From a virus, in IMG/VR virus record IMGVR_UViG_3300003323_001359, positions 1-64,000 of that record: a stretch of DNA of 64,000 nt; one strand, given 5' to 3'. The notes under the pieces were generated by a model. The model saw only the letters and a list, made by a program, of their open reading frames with translations, had not been told where the DNA came from and did no database searches. This document shows, piece by piece, positions 46,275 through 55,829 of this stretch. Made by a program: the position numbers and the translations under genes. Position 1 is the stretch's first letter. Each line of letters begins with the position of its first letter.

Positions 46275-46811
46275 GTGGCGAGCGTTCCCACCCCTCACCA
46301 GTTCGCGGTCGGCGAGGTAGCCACGGCGGACAACATCAACACCTACTACAGCGGCATCTCCTACCTGGAGAACCCACCCATCGCGTCGCTGTATCAGATC
46401 AACAGTCAAAACATCAACAACAACTCTCCCACCGCGATCACGCTCGACGGCTCCCTGATCGACACCTATGGGGGCCACAGCACGGTCACCAACAACACCC
46501 GCTACACGTTTCAGGTCGCCGGCGTCTACCTCATCGGCGGCTCCGTGGCCTGGTCACCCAACGCGTCCGGGGTCCGCGCCGGAAGCCTGCTTCTCAACGG
46601 CGTCTCACCGCTCATCGGCAGCCAGATCATCATCCCCACCATCACCATCGGCGGCGTCAACACCAACGTTCCCACGACCTCGGTCATGACCCAGGCCAGC
46701 GTTGGCGACTACGTCGAGCTGCTGGGAACCCAAACGTCGGGCGGCATCCTCGGCACCAACACCGGTACCAACAACACGAGCACCATGTTCGTCATGTGGA
46801 TCCACGCGTAA
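46275..46811 (+). CDS. Minor tail protein (C1q/TNF-like)
   Basis: GEVATA..N, TRYTFQVAGVYLI, GDYVEL. Confidence 0.7.
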   Translation: MASVPTPHQFAVGEVATADNINTYYSGISYLENPPIASLYQINSQNINNNSPTAITLDGSLIDTYGGHSTVTNNTRYTFQVAGVYLIGGSVAWSPNASGVRAGSLLLNGVSPLIGSQIIIPTITIGGVNTNVPTTSVMTQASVGDYVELLGTQTSGGILGTNTGTNNTSTMFVMWIHA

Positions 46812-46820
46812 GGAGACGAA

Positions 46821-47117
46821 GTGCCCACGAGCACGCACTCACCCCTCGGCACGGTTCAGGCCATCCAGTACGACGGCACCAACGTCGCCGAGATCCAGGC
46901 AGCGCTCGGCGCGCGGTGGAACGTCTACACGAGCCTCACCAGCTCGCTCGTCGCGTTCTGCCAGACCGGCCAGGAGATGCTTCAGCTCAACGCGTTCCTC
47001 CTGCGTCCCACCGACTGGATGGTGTCGCAGACGGCGTACAGCAACACGACGCCCGCGCTGTCCGGTGGGTTCTCCATCATGTCGAACTCCCAGTTCACCC
47101 AGTGGTACAGCGCATGA
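46821..47117 (+). CDS. Hypothetical protein
   Basis: VQAIQYDGTN...F..WY. Confidence 0.6.
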   Translation: MPTSTHSPLGTVQAIQYDGTNVAEIQAALGARWNVYTSLTSSLVAFCQTGQEMLQLNAFLLRPTDWMVSQTAYSNTTPALSGGFSIMSNSQFTQWYSA

Positions 47118-47153
47118 GACCCAGCGGATCCACCCGATCGTGAGGGAGCCAGC

Positions 47154-47552
47154 ATGACCGACGTCAACACCGTGGCAAGCATCATCGGCAGCCTCGGCGC
47201 CGGCTCCATCGCGATCGTGGGAGGGGTGTCGTGGCTGATCCGGCGGCTTCACCGGTTCAACTCACGGTTCGACGAGTTCCTCGAGGACTGGAACGGCACC
47301 GAGGCTCGACCGGGCGTGCCGCACCGTTCCGGCGTCATGGAGCGCCTGTCCAGCCAGGACGCCGCGCTGCGAAGCATCGACGAGCGGCTCGTCAACGTCG
47401 AGGCTGAGGTGAACCCCAACAGCGGCAAGTCCATCAAGGACGTCGTGGGACGGGTCGACGGCCACCTCAACCACATCCGCGGCGTCGTGGACGACCTCGA
47501 CCAGCGGGTATCCGACCTCGAGAGGCGCGACGGCAAGCGGGTGACCCGGTGA
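47154..47552 (+). CDS. Single-TM coiled-coil lysis-region protein
   Basis: TM then DW.G...RPG..GVMERL...PNSGKSIKD. Confidence 0.7.
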   Translation: MTDVNTVASIIGSLGAGSIAIVGGVSWLIRRLHRFNSRFDEFLEDWNGTEARPGVPHRSGVMERLSSQDAALRSIDERLVNVEAEVNPNSGKSIKDVVGRVDGHLNHIRGVVDDLDQRVSDLERRDGKRVTR

Positions 47553-47983
47553 CCGAGGTGCCGGCGCACGACCGGGCCACGACCCACCGCTACGTCATCC
47601 ACTACCCGGCCCACGAGCCACGCGCCGAGGACCCTCACCGCGCCGAGTTCGAGGAGTACAAGCGCCGTCGTCGTGAGGACGGCACCTACCGCTGCGACTT
47701 CGCGGCGGCGTTTCGAGACGGCGACGCCAGCGAGTGCGACCAGACCCGTCCCCTCGAGGCGCACCACGCGCACCTCGAGTTCGCGCTGCGAAACGCCGTC
47801 GACGAGACGCTGCTCGAGGAGCGGTGGCCCGGCGTCACCCAGGTCGGCGTCGGCGCGTGGCTCGACGGCGACGAGAACCTCACGCTGCTCTGCGTGAATC
47901 ACCACCGCGGCCGCCAGGGCGTGCACGTTCTCGCGGCAGCCGACTTCGAGGCGTCCAAGGTAGTGAGGAGGTTGACCTCGTGA
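47549..47983 (+). CDS. HNH-like protein
   Basis: C...C...LEAHH...NLTLLC..HH..GVH. Confidence 0.6.
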   Translation: MTEVPAHDRATTHRYVIHYPAHEPRAEDPHRAEFEEYKRRRREDGTYRCDFAAAFRDGDASECDQTRPLEAHHAHLEFALRNAVDETLLEERWPGVTQVGVGAWLDGDENLTLLCVNHHRGRQGVHVLAAADFEASKVVRRLTS

Positions 47984-48876
47984 CCCGTCGCATGGCTGAC
48001 TCCATCACCGCCACCGACATCCCCGTAGCCGACCCGCAGACCGGCCAACCGTGGTCGCTGGTGGCTGGCTACGTCGACGGCCGCTACGCGTGGTCTACGG
48101 CTGACTGGGGCCGCTTCCCGGGGAGCCGACACGTCCGGATCGCGGTGTTCAGCGCCACCAACGCCGGCGACGTCATCGACCGAGAGACCGGCGACGCGAC
48201 CGCGGACCAGGCGGTGGACTGGGTGCTCATGCGTCGCGCCGCCGGCCATCCCGCACCCACCGTCTACTGCTCCTACTACGACTGGCCCAACTGCCGGAAC
48301 GCGTTCGACCGCCGCGGCGTGGCTCAGCCGCAGTGGTGGATCTCCGGCTACCCCTCACCGGTCGACGGCTTCGGTCACCCCACCATTCCCACCGGCGCGG
48401 TCGCGCACCAGTTCACCGACACCCCCGGCGGTCACTGGGACGAGTCCATCGTGGCCGACAGGTGGCCCGGCGTCGACCCAGCCCCACACGTCACAACTCC
48501 CTGGAGAGACATCGTGTTCGAGTTCGTGTGCGACACCAGCAAGTTCGTTCGGGACACCGCCGGCGGCGTCACCGACAACCCCACCGTACTTCAGCTGGTC
48601 GGCGGCGGCTACGTCGTGGCCGCGACGTGGGCCGACGTCAAGGCCAAGGACAAGACGTGGGGCGGCGACGGCACCGGCTCGGTGCTCGGCGTCGAGACGG
48701 CGGCGTGGCAGCGCTACGTCGACCTGGACGCGAGCCTGCGCGCTCGGGACGCCCACATCACGGCCCTGGGCAGTGCCGGCACGGCCGGCGCGACGCCGGC
48801 CGAGGTGACCGCGATCGTGGACCAGGCCTTCCTCGACCACAACGCGCAGCTGACGTACAGCAAGATCGTCGGGTGA
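47980..48876 (+). CDS. Endolysin (GH25-like glycoside hydrolase)
   Basis: AGYVDG, D.ETGD, PTVYC, WISGY, AHQF...D.S. Confidence 0.7.
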   Translation: MTRRMADSITATDIPVADPQTGQPWSLVAGYVDGRYAWSTADWGRFPGSRHVRIAVFSATNAGDVIDRETGDATADQAVDWVLMRRAAGHPAPTVYCSYYDWPNCRNAFDRRGVAQPQWWISGYPSPVDGFGHPTIPTGAVAHQFTDTPGGHWDESIVADRWPGVDPAPHVTTPWRDIVFEFVCDTSKFVRDTAGGVTDNPTVLQLVGGGYVVAATWADVKAKDKTWGGDGTGSVLGVETAAWQRYVDLDASLRARDAHITALGSAGTAGATPAEVTAIVDQAFLDHNAQLTYSKIVG

Positions 48877-49190
48877 GGCGCTTCAACGAGGCGCTGGCCG
48901 TCCTGCTCACCCGGATGGTCGGCACGATGTGGTGCGCGTACGTCTTCGTGGGGCTCGCCATCCTCGGCTTCCCCTACGGGGCAGCCGACCTCGCGGACCT
49001 CGTGCAGTGGGTGTCCCAGACCCTCATCCAGCTGGTCATGCTCAGCGTGATCATGGTCGGTCAGGGTATCATCACCGCGAAGCAGGACGACCACGGCGAC
49101 AGGCTCGACGCACACGGCGAGAAGCTGGACGCTCATGGCGACAAGCTCGACACCGTCCACGATCTGATCAAGCTGAACGAAAAGGGATGA
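48873..49190 (+). CDS. DUF1003-like membrane protein
   Basis: FN...T..VGTMWCAY...WVSQT.IQLV.LSVIMVGQ. Confidence 0.7.
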   Translation: MRRFNEALAVLLTRMVGTMWCAYVFVGLAILGFPYGAADLADLVQWVSQTLIQLVMLSVIMVGQGIITAKQDDHGDRLDAHGEKLDAHGDKLDTVHDLIKLNEKG

Positions 49191-49194
49191 ACCA

Positions 49195-50022
49195 GTGACG
49201 TACAGCAGCGTGGGTCACACGAAGTTCGGTCGCTATCAGGTCGCTGAGCCGCTTCGGCTCGAGACGCTTCACTTCCACCGAGGCGAGCCGCTGGTGGAGG
49301 TCAACCACGAGCCGCCGGTGCCCGTGCTCGATCAGGAGGACCTGATCGCGCAGGGCATCCGCACCAGCGAGCTCGTTCCCGGTGCACCGGACGTGGACGC
49401 GCTCGGCTCCTGCACGTGCAACGCTGGCACGGTGTCGCTCGCGGGGCACCTGGCCGCCAAGGTGGGACCTCAGGCCGTGACCGACGCCGGCCTGTCCCTC
49501 ACCGACGCGGTCGCCAACGAGAGGTTCGCGATCAAGCTCTACCACTCCGTGACCTACCAGACCGGTGACCCGGCGCAGGAGTGGCCGCCCACCGACTGCG
49601 GCTCCACCGGTCTCTACGTCTGCCGCGAGCTGGAGACGCAGGGCCTCATCAAGAGCCACCGCAGCGCCCACGACGTGCACGGCCTGGTGTCGCTCATGCA
49701 GACCGGCACGGTCATCATGGGCTCACCGTGGTTCAACGCGTGGATGGAACCGGACGCGAGCGGCTTCGTCGACGGGCAGGGAACCATCGAGGACCTGCAG
49801 CGCGCGCTCGACTCGGGCGTCGCCGGCGGCCACGAGACCTGCGTCAGCGCCGTGGAGCGGGTCGTCTGGGCGACGCAGCACAAGCTCGACCTGGAGGCCT
49901 GCGTGGTCCGGGTCCGGAACTCGTGGGGCCCGCGCTGGGGTGACCACGGCTCGTTCCGCATCCACCTGTCGACCCTGCAGCGGCTCGCCGGCTACGTCGA
50001 CTACAAGCAGTTCGTGATCTGA
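49195..50022 (+). CDS. Papain-like (C1) cysteine peptidase
   Basis: DQ...GSCTCNA, GGHE, RNSWG..WGD.G. Confidence 0.85.
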   Translation: MTYSSVGHTKFGRYQVAEPLRLETLHFHRGEPLVEVNHEPPVPVLDQEDLIAQGIRTSELVPGAPDVDALGSCTCNAGTVSLAGHLAAKVGPQAVTDAGLSLTDAVANERFAIKLYHSVTYQTGDPAQEWPPTDCGSTGLYVCRELETQGLIKSHRSAHDVHGLVSLMQTGTVIMGSPWFNAWMEPDASGFVDGQGTIEDLQRALDSGVAGGHETCVSAVERVVWATQHKLDLEACVVRVRNSWGPRWGDHGSFRIHLSTLQRLAGYVDYKQFVI

Positions 50023-50246
50023 TGGCGACCAGCGAGGAGCTCGGCCGGGCGGCGTACGAGGCGTACGCGCGGTCCGTCGACTTCAAGAGCGTTCACGACG
50101 ATGACCTGTGGGCGTGGGACGAGCTGCCGGCGCGGATCGCGGCCGCGTGGGCGTGCGCCGCGGCCGCCGTCAGGGGCCGCGTCATCGCCGAGGAGCGAGC
50201 TGCCAACCGTCCCACCGCAACCCGAGAGAGTGAGACCGACAAGTGA
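50022..50246 (+). CDS. Hypothetical protein
   Basis: GRAAYEAY...WDELP...AW. Confidence 0.6.
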   Translation: MATSEELGRAAYEAYARSVDFKSVHDDDLWAWDELPARIAAAWACAAAAVRGRVIAEERAANRPTATRESETDK

Positions 50247-50611
50247 ACCTGATGACCAAGCTAAGGGAGCTGCTGGCCTACGAGCCGGCCGTCGTGGCGT
50301 GGGCCATCAACGGCGGGATCGCGACCGTGCTCGCGTTCCTGCTGAACCTGGACACCACGCAGACCGCGACCGTCACGACCATCACGACCGCGCTGGCCGC
50401 GATCGTGACCGCCGTCCAGGCTCGTCCCGTGGCCGTCTCCGTCGTGACCGGCGCGCTGGCGACGATCGCTGAGGCCGCGGCCGCGTTCGGCCTCAACCTG
50501 CCGCCGACCGTGATCGCCGCGATCACCGCGGTGGCGTCCGCGGTGCTGGGACTGCTGTTTCGTCAGAACCTGACGCCGGCGGCGAGGCTGCGGGACGACC
50601 CGTCCGCCTGA
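50243..50611 (+). CDS. Holin
   Basis: EP motif, 3-4 TM segments, RQ.LTP C-terminus. Confidence 0.75.
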   Translation: MNLMTKLRELLAYEPAVVAWAINGGIATVLAFLLNLDTTQTATVTTITTALAAIVTAVQARPVAVSVVTGALATIAEAAAAFGLNLPPTVIAAITAVASAVLGLLFRQNLTPAARLRDDPSA

Positions 50612-50627
50612 CCCTCGTCGGTTCCCC

Positions 50628-50660
50628 GAGCCCCACCCCCTCACCGCGGGGGTGGGGCTC
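50628..50660. terminator. Terminator between the convergent arms
   Basis: 13-bp stem GAGCCCCACCCCC/GGGGGTGGGGCTC. Confidence 0.8.
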
Positions 50661-50727
50661 ATTTGACGTACCTGACTCGCGGCCCCGGCGGTCCCATCGG
50701 ATCGCCGAGGCGACGAGGCCCATGCGC

Positions 50728-51612
50728 TCAGCCAAGCTCATCGGTGATCGTCTCCATCTCCATGACGCGGGTGCCGTTGTCGCGCCGGTAGTCGGCGAGG
50801 ATCCGGTACCGCTGTCCCGGCGGCATCAGGACCTCACGCTCGTTGTGGTGGTTGCTGCCGCCCGGGTGGCGGTTGACCTCGAGGGCCCGAGCCCCCGGCG
50901 TGACGTGGTAGTGGACCTCAACGGGGCCGAAGCCGCCGAGCGGGTAGGGGTTGGTCGTCGTGGACGTGAACCGCTGCTCGGTGAACGTGTCTCCCACTCG
51001 AGATCCTATCTCGCCGAACACCCGCAGGGCGGTGTGCTTGGGAAACGAGCGAAGGACCGCGAAGGGAGCGGTGACGACCGAGCGGTCGATGGCCGCGGTG
51101 AGGTACTTGACCTGACCGATGACGTAGGAGGACGCGGTGCTGGCGTCCCCGGCCAGCACGTGCTTGTTCATCGACTTGTAGGTGGAGCCGGTGTAGGAGC
51201 TGAGGGCGTTGATCTCGTTGTCGTCGAGCTTCGGGTGATCGATCGCCTTGCGAACGTCCTTGCCGGCGACCTCGCCCGGCCGCAGGGTGATGGGGCCGTG
51301 AAAGACCGGCTTGACATCGACGAGGCCGGCGATGACCTTGTTGTGGTGACTGACGATGGCGGCCATCGCCTCACGCTTGTAGACCTCCCGGTAGACCTGG
51401 GTGCCGTCGACGTGGGTGGCCGTGAAGATCGTGGTGCCGACGCGCTTGGGGTGGGGCTCACGCTCGAGCGTGGCGATGACCACGTGGCCGAGCTTGGTGA
51501 TGACCTGACCGGTCTTCTTCACCGCGAGATCGGTCACGGCGACGTGACCGGGGTTGCCCTGCTTGCCCTCGAGGGTGGTGAAGGAGATCGGGGCGGTGAG
51601 CGTCGCGGTCAT
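50728..51612 (-). CDS. VIP2/C3-type ADP-ribosyltransferase
   Basis: YTG..Y..MN, VLR, FTSTT, NEREVL (R-S-E triad). Confidence 0.88.
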   Translation of the reverse strand: MTATLTAPISFTTLEGKQGNPGHVAVTDLAVKKTGQVITKLGHVVIATLEREPHPKRVGTTIFTATHVDGTQVYREVYKREAMAAIVSHHNKVIAGLVDVKPVFHGPITLRPGEVAGKDVRKAIDHPKLDDNEINALSSYTGSTYKSMNKHVLAGDASTASSYVIGQVKYLTAAIDRSVVTAPFAVLRSFPKHTALRVFGEIGSRVGDTFTEQRFTSTTTNPYPLGGFGPVEVHYHVTPGARALEVNRHPGGSNHHNEREVLMPPGQRYRILADYRRDNGTRVMEMETITDELG

Positions 51613-51667
51613 CGTCTCGGTCCTCTCGGTTCCGGTTCCTGGTTCCTGGTCCGTCCTGCTGATACCC

Positions 51668-51711
51668 ACTATACTCCAGACCTAGGGGTTTGTAAACCCC
51701 TAGGTCTGGAG
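51668..51711 (-). promoter_or_regulatory. Promoter TTTACA-N17-TATAGT embedded in an 18-bp inverted repeat
   Basis: CTCCAGACCTAGGGGTTT-GT-AAACCCCTAGGTCTGGAG. Confidence 0.8.
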
Positions 51712-51724
51712 AACCTCAGCTCTC

Positions 51725-51871
51725 TCAGTGAGCCTTGGTGCGGTGAACCGTGACGACGTCCACGCCGTCGTCGAGCAGCTCCCTGACCTGACGCTCCACG
51801 TCACCCTCCGGCACGCCGTCGCGCCAGAACGAGTGGTCCTCGTAGTCCCAATCGAGCGTGTACACGATCAT
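51725..51871 (-). CDS. Small acidic protein (48 aa)
   Basis: MIVYTLDWDYEDHSFW...; RBS GAGGAG; below the ORF-track cutoff. Confidence 0.55.
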   Translation of the reverse strand: MIVYTLDWDYEDHSFWRDGVPEGDVERQVRELLDDGVDVVTVHRTKAH

Positions 51872-51936
51872 CTCTCCTCTCAGGGTCAGCAGGTCTCGCG
51901 GGTCGCGGATCCGTACACCGGTCTAGCTCGGTGAGC

Positions 51937-52503
51937 TCAGCTGAACTGCTTGCGGCAGACCGGGCCGATGCCCACCCGGACGCTGGTCGCGTCCTTGAGC
52001 CGGCGGTTGCAGCAGATGCAGCGACCGTACTCGAGCATCAGCTTCTCCGCCTCCGCCAGCGGCAGGCGGTCCCGCAACCGCAAGGTCTTGACCACGCCGG
52101 GCGCGTAGTCGAACTCGAACTTGGCCGTATCACCCAGCTGGGTCAGGCGCTCGCCGCTGATCGGCACGAGCCGCTTGGCGTACAGGTTGCCCTGCCTGCT
52201 GGGCTTGACGAGGAAGACCTCGCCGTTCTTGCCGTAGACGCCGGCGACGAGGGGCTCACCGTCGTCAGCTCGCGTGGCGGCCGGCCGGGTGATGGGCTTC
52301 CTCGGCTGCCCCAGCAGGTAGTCGATCGTGGCTCGGGTGTCCCGCTTGGTCAGCGGCTCCGTGCCGGCACGGTGAGCCTCGAGGCGCGCCCGCAGGTGAG
52401 CCTCGGCCTGAGCCAGCAGCTCCTCGTCGGGGGTGTCGATGAGCTTGCGCTCGGCGATCAGACGCTCGATGAAGTCGATCTGCTTGGGGCTGCCGTGCTC
52501 CAC
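51937..52503 (-). CDS. DUF6011-like Zn-finger protein
   Basis: S.KQI.FI..L; CICCNRRLKDATSVRVGIGPVC. Confidence 0.8.
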   Translation of the reverse strand: MEHGSPKQIDFIERLIAERKLIDTPDEELLAQAEAHLRARLEAHRAGTEPLTKRDTRATIDYLLGQPRKPITRPAATRADDGEPLVAGVYGKNGEVFLVKPSRQGNLYAKRLVPISGERLTQLGDTAKFEFDYAPGVVKTLRLRDRLPLAEAEKLMLEYGRCICCNRRLKDATSVRVGIGPVCRKQFS

Positions 52504-52544
52504 GGTGTCCTCCTGAGTTCCGGGTTCCTGGCTTGCTGGTACCT

Positions 52545-52573
52545 ACCTTACATCAGGTAGACTAATTTGTAAA
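52545..52573 (-). promoter_or_regulatory. Promoter TTTACA-N17-TAAGGT
   Basis: Same promoter family. Confidence 0.78.
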
Positions 52574-52626
52574 CAACTTGTTGAGAGAGGTTGGGGCGGT
52601 CCGTGGGACCGCCCCAACCCCGAGGC

Positions 52627-52920
52627 TCAATCCTTGATCCACTCCAGCAGGTCGCGGGCGGCGTTCACGGCGCTCGCGACGGGTCGGCTCGCCCGGTCAA
52701 GCAGCACGTCGACGGCGCAGTCCTCGACGCTCTCGTAGCGCACCGCCAGCCGCGTGAGCTCCTCGTACGTGCCGGTGAACGTAATGACCGGCCAGCCGCA
52801 GGCGGGACCGCTCGGGTTGTCGACGACTGCCGTCACGTTGAGGTCGCGGGTGAGGCTCTTGAGGACGTCCTCGATGGTCTCGTTCTCACCGTGGCAGACG
52901 TCCAGGGTCAGCTTGGGCAT
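52627..52920 (-). CDS. Hypothetical protein
   Basis: GP..GWPVITFTG motif; has its own promoter. Confidence 0.7.
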   Translation of the reverse strand: MPKLTLDVCHGENETIEDVLKSLTRDLNVTAVVDNPSGPACGWPVITFTGTYEELTRLAVRYESVEDCAVDVLLDRASRPVASAVNAARDLLEWIKD

Positions 52921-52958
52921 TCTCGATCTCCGTTCCGTCGTTCCTGCTTGCCGTGGTG

Positions 52959-53000
52959 ACCGTACCACAGAGGCCGGCTGTTTGTAAACAGCCGGCCTCT
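52959..53000 (-). promoter_or_regulatory. Promoter TTTACA-N18-TACGGT embedded in a 15-bp inverted repeat
   Basis: AGAGGCCGGCTGTTT-GT-AAACAGCCGGCCTCT. Confidence 0.78.
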
Positions 53001-53003
53001 CGG

Positions 53004-53210
53004 TCACGCGACGTGGGAACGGAGCTGCTTCTCGAGCCGGTGAACGTCCCGGTCGAGGTTGTCCTCCTCGCCCACGATCGCCGTGAGGGTGATCAGCTCC
53101 GGCCCCGCGATCAGCGTGGCGTGTCGCCGGCGGATGTCGTTGATCTCAGCCACCAGCCTGCCGAGCAGCTCGTAGACCCGTCTGAAGCCGTCGTCATCGT
53201 CGTCATCCAC
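53004..53210 (-). CDS. Hypothetical coiled-coil protein
   Basis: GTG abuts the upstream stop. Confidence 0.55.
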   Translation of the reverse strand: MDDDDDDGFRRVYELLGRLVAEINDIRRRHATLIAGPELITLTAIVGEEDNLDRDVHRLEKQLRSHVA

Positions 53211-53506
53211 TACCTCTCGCCCTCCTCGAGCCGGTGGCCGCGGTACCACTCCACGACCTCGTCCAGGTAGAACCGCCGCACGCTGCCGTTCGCGGTGGGT
53301 CGCTCCCACCCCTCCGGGAAGTGGGTGCGGTGCCGCCGCTTCCACCACAGCCACACGAGCTGGCGGGACACCTCGGGGCTGTCCGGGAACATCCGGTTCA
53401 GGGTGGAGGCGACGACCTGGTAGCCGCCGCTCATCCGCTCCGTGACGCCCTCGTTGCTTCCCTCGTTCTCGAGCAGCTTCATCACCACCGCCATCGTCGT
53501 CTCCAA
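53210..53506 (-). CDS. Excisionase/AlpA-like wHTH protein
   Basis: VSRQLV..W..R...FPE...FYLDEVVEW. Confidence 0.6.
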   Translation of the reverse strand: METTMAVVMKLLENEGSNEGVTERMSGGYQVVASTLNRMFPDSPEVSRQLVWLWWKRRHRTHFPEGWERPTANGSVRRFYLDEVVEWYRGHRLEEGER

Positions 53507-53567
53507 TCCGTTGGTACGCGAAAGCCGCCCACCGCGTTGGTGGACGGCTACCGCGTTGAGTTGTGGG

Positions 53568-54494
53568 TCAGGCGAGCGCCAGCAGGCGCCTGGTCAGGTT
53601 GACGCGGAACCTCGCGCCCTCGCCGTGCATGATGCTCTCGAAGCGAGCGTTGCCGCTTCGCTGGGTCTTCTTGTGATCCATGTACTCGGTCAGGCCGCCG
53701 AGCAGGCCGTACGCGGTGCCACGGTACGGTTGGGTGGTCTCCGAGGTCTGGTAGTTGAGCATGACCGCCTCCACCATGTCCTCCTTCCGCGGCCGCGAGT
53801 CCGGGATGACCTCCTTGATCAGGAGGCGCGCCTTGTCGTCGCTCACCTCGGTCTTCAGCAGCGTCTCCATCGAGGCCTTGAACTCCCTCTCGAAGCTCAC
53901 GGTCAGCTCGAAGGACTTCCGGGCCTCCGCGATGCGCTCGCTCAGCTTGCTGGTGTGCTGGAAGCTGAACTTGTCGAGCGCGGTCTGGGACACCAGGGGG
54001 AGCTGGTTGGTGCACCACACCTTGATCGGGGTCACGTAGCCGCTCACCGAGGAGCTGCCATCGTGGCTGGTCCGCAGGTAGAGGTACAGCTTGAACTGGT
54101 CGTCGTGGATGGTGAACGGCTCGTTGAGCTGCATGGTCATGAAGACCCGCCAGCCGTTGCCCTGCAGGCCGGCGTCCACCCAGCGGGCCTTGCCGTCGGC
54201 GACGAGCGCGTCGCCGAACGCGAACGCGTCCCGGTTCTGCCACACCTCGTACTTGCCCTTGACCGTGCCAAGCTCCTCACCGGTGTCGGTGCGGTAGATC
54301 TCGAAGGACTTCGCCGACGGCACGATCTCACCGTCGAGGTTGGTGCGCAGCAGGGGACGCTTCGCGACCTCCCAGTTCAGGCCGGCGCGCTCCAGCAGCT
54401 CCTCGCTGGTGGTCAGCTCGGAGTCGGCGGTGCCGGTGGTGATGCCGGCCCACGCCAGCTGGCGACCCTCGGTGGGGACGTCCAAGATCTCCAT
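53568..54494 (-). CDS. DUF932 family protein
   Basis: AGLNWEV, YRTDT, QN.DAF, AGL..G.RVF, TSHDGS, TPI.V.C.N, HT, GTAYG. Confidence 0.88.
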   Translation of the reverse strand: MEILDVPTEGRQLAWAGITTGTADSELTTSEELLERAGLNWEVAKRPLLRTNLDGEIVPSAKSFEIYRTDTGEELGTVKGKYEVWQNRDAFAFGDALVADGKARWVDAGLQGNGWRVFMTMQLNEPFTIHDDQFKLYLYLRTSHDGSSSVSGYVTPIKVWCTNQLPLVSQTALDKFSFQHTSKLSERIAEARKSFELTVSFEREFKASMETLLKTEVSDDKARLLIKEVIPDSRPRKEDMVEAVMLNYQTSETTQPYRGTAYGLLGGLTEYMDHKKTQRSGNARFESIMHGEGARFRVNLTRRLLALA

Positions 54495-54536
54495 GGTGTC
54501 GATTCCTCTCGTTCCGGCGTTCCTGTGTACGAACTC

Positions 54537-54565
54537 ATCATACCAAAGCTCGTTCACCATGTAAA
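54537..54565 (-). promoter_or_regulatory. Promoter TTTACA-N17-TATGAT
   Basis: Same promoter family. Confidence 0.8.
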
Positions 54566-54581
54566 CACCTGAGCGGTGAGG

Positions 54582-55829
54582 CTACGCGACGTCCTGAAGG
54601 CGGCGCGCGGTCTTCCAGTCATGCGAGACGTCGATGAGGCGTGCGCCGGTCTCGATGAGGTCGCCGACCTCGCTGCCGGGGTTGCCGTTGAGGCTCTCCC
54701 GGACCCAGGTCATGATCCACCGGGCGGGTGCGACGCTGGTGCCCTTGCCCCAGTAGGCGGAGAGCTGCGGGTCGTCGTGAACGGGGCTGATGAGGTAGTC
54801 GTCGGGGAAGCCCATGATGCGGGCGGCCTCGCGGTTGGTGATGACGCGGCCGTTAGGATGCCACACCATGTAGACGCCGGCGCCGCTGAGCACGCGACCG
54901 GGGTCGGTCCACGACCAGCACTTGGTCTGGTTGAACCCGCCGGGGTTGAAGCCTCGCTCGAGGAGGTGCTTGTCGCGGGTGAGGCCGTTCCCGCCGGGCT
55001 GCGGGTACTGGTAGGACTCGGGCAGGTAGCCGTGCAGCTCGTAGTGCCGCTTGAGAACGTCGCCCTCCCTCTCACCGGGTGCCCAGCCGGCGCCGGCGTG
55101 GATGTCGGTGAGGCGCCTGGTAAAGGCGTTCTCACGGAAGTGGTGACCGTCGACGTGGCCGTCGGTGCGGCGCATCGACGCGCTCCACGCGGTGGGCGCG
55201 TTGACGTAGGGCTGGTCGTCCCACGCGAGCTGCTGGTTGGTGAGGTCGAACAGGGCGTCACCGAGGGTGGCGACCCGACCGATGACGGGTCGCTCGACGC
55301 CGAACGGGACCTGGCTGAGCACGAGGAAGTAGCGCTTGCGGTTGGTGCAGCCGCCGACGCTGAGGTTGTTCTGCAGCACGTGCGTCGTGGTGTACCACAG
55401 GCCGGTGCGCTGGTTGAGCTCGCTGGCCAGGCGGGTCATGAGGCTGACGCCCTTGGTGTAGGCCTGGCTGACCGACTCCATGACCACGGCGGCGGGGCGG
55501 ACCCGGGCGGCGTAGCCGATGAGGTCCCACATGCAGTCGTTGATCGACGAGTCGATGCCGTGCTTGCCGGTGCCATAGGTCATGCCGCTGAACGCGGCGC
55601 ACGGTGGGGTGCCGACCACGACGTCGGCCTGGAAGGTCTCCCAGTCGGTCGCGGGGTCGCCGACCTGGTAGCTCCAGTCCTCACCGAGGAAGGCGCGGTT
55701 GGCGTTCATCAACGGCAGGCCGAAGCCGCCCCTCTTCTCGACCTTGTTGACGAGCCGCAGGCCGGCCTGCGTGGCACCGACGGCCATGCCGCCGGCAAAG
55801 CCTTGGCAGTCAATGAACGTGAGCGTCAT
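54582..55829 (-). CDS. DNA cytosine-C5 methyltransferase (divergent motifs I and VI)
   Basis: FIDCQGFAGG (I), GTPPC..FS (IV), MESV (VI), NRKRYF (VIII), TNREAARIMGFPD (IX), GKG (X); leaderless after TAGGAT. Confidence 0.85.
   Translation of the reverse strand: MTLTFIDCQGFAGGMAVGATQAGLRLVNKVEKRGGFGLPLMNANRAFLGEDWSYQVGDPATDWETFQADVVVGTPPCAAFSGMTYGTGKHGIDSSINDCMWDLIGYAARVRPAAVVMESVSQAYTKGVSLMTRLASELNQRTGLWYTTTHVLQNNLSVGGCTNRKRYFLVLSQVPFGVERPVIGRVATLGDALFDLTNQQLAWDDQPYVNAPTAWSASMRRTDGHVDGHHFRENAFTRRLTDIHAGAGWAPGEREGDVLKRHYELHGYLPESYQYPQPGGNGLTRDKHLLERGFNPGGFNQTKCWSWTDPGRVLSGAGVYMVWHPNGRVITNREAARIMGFPDDYLISPVHDDPQLSAYWGKGTSVAPARWIMTWVRESLNGNPGSEVGDLIETGARLIDVSHDWKTARRLQDVA

Noticed and set aside
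53210-53506. Excisionase implying an integration module
   Set aside because: No integrase or att-like duplication was seen in the window; the wHTH may be a general regulator
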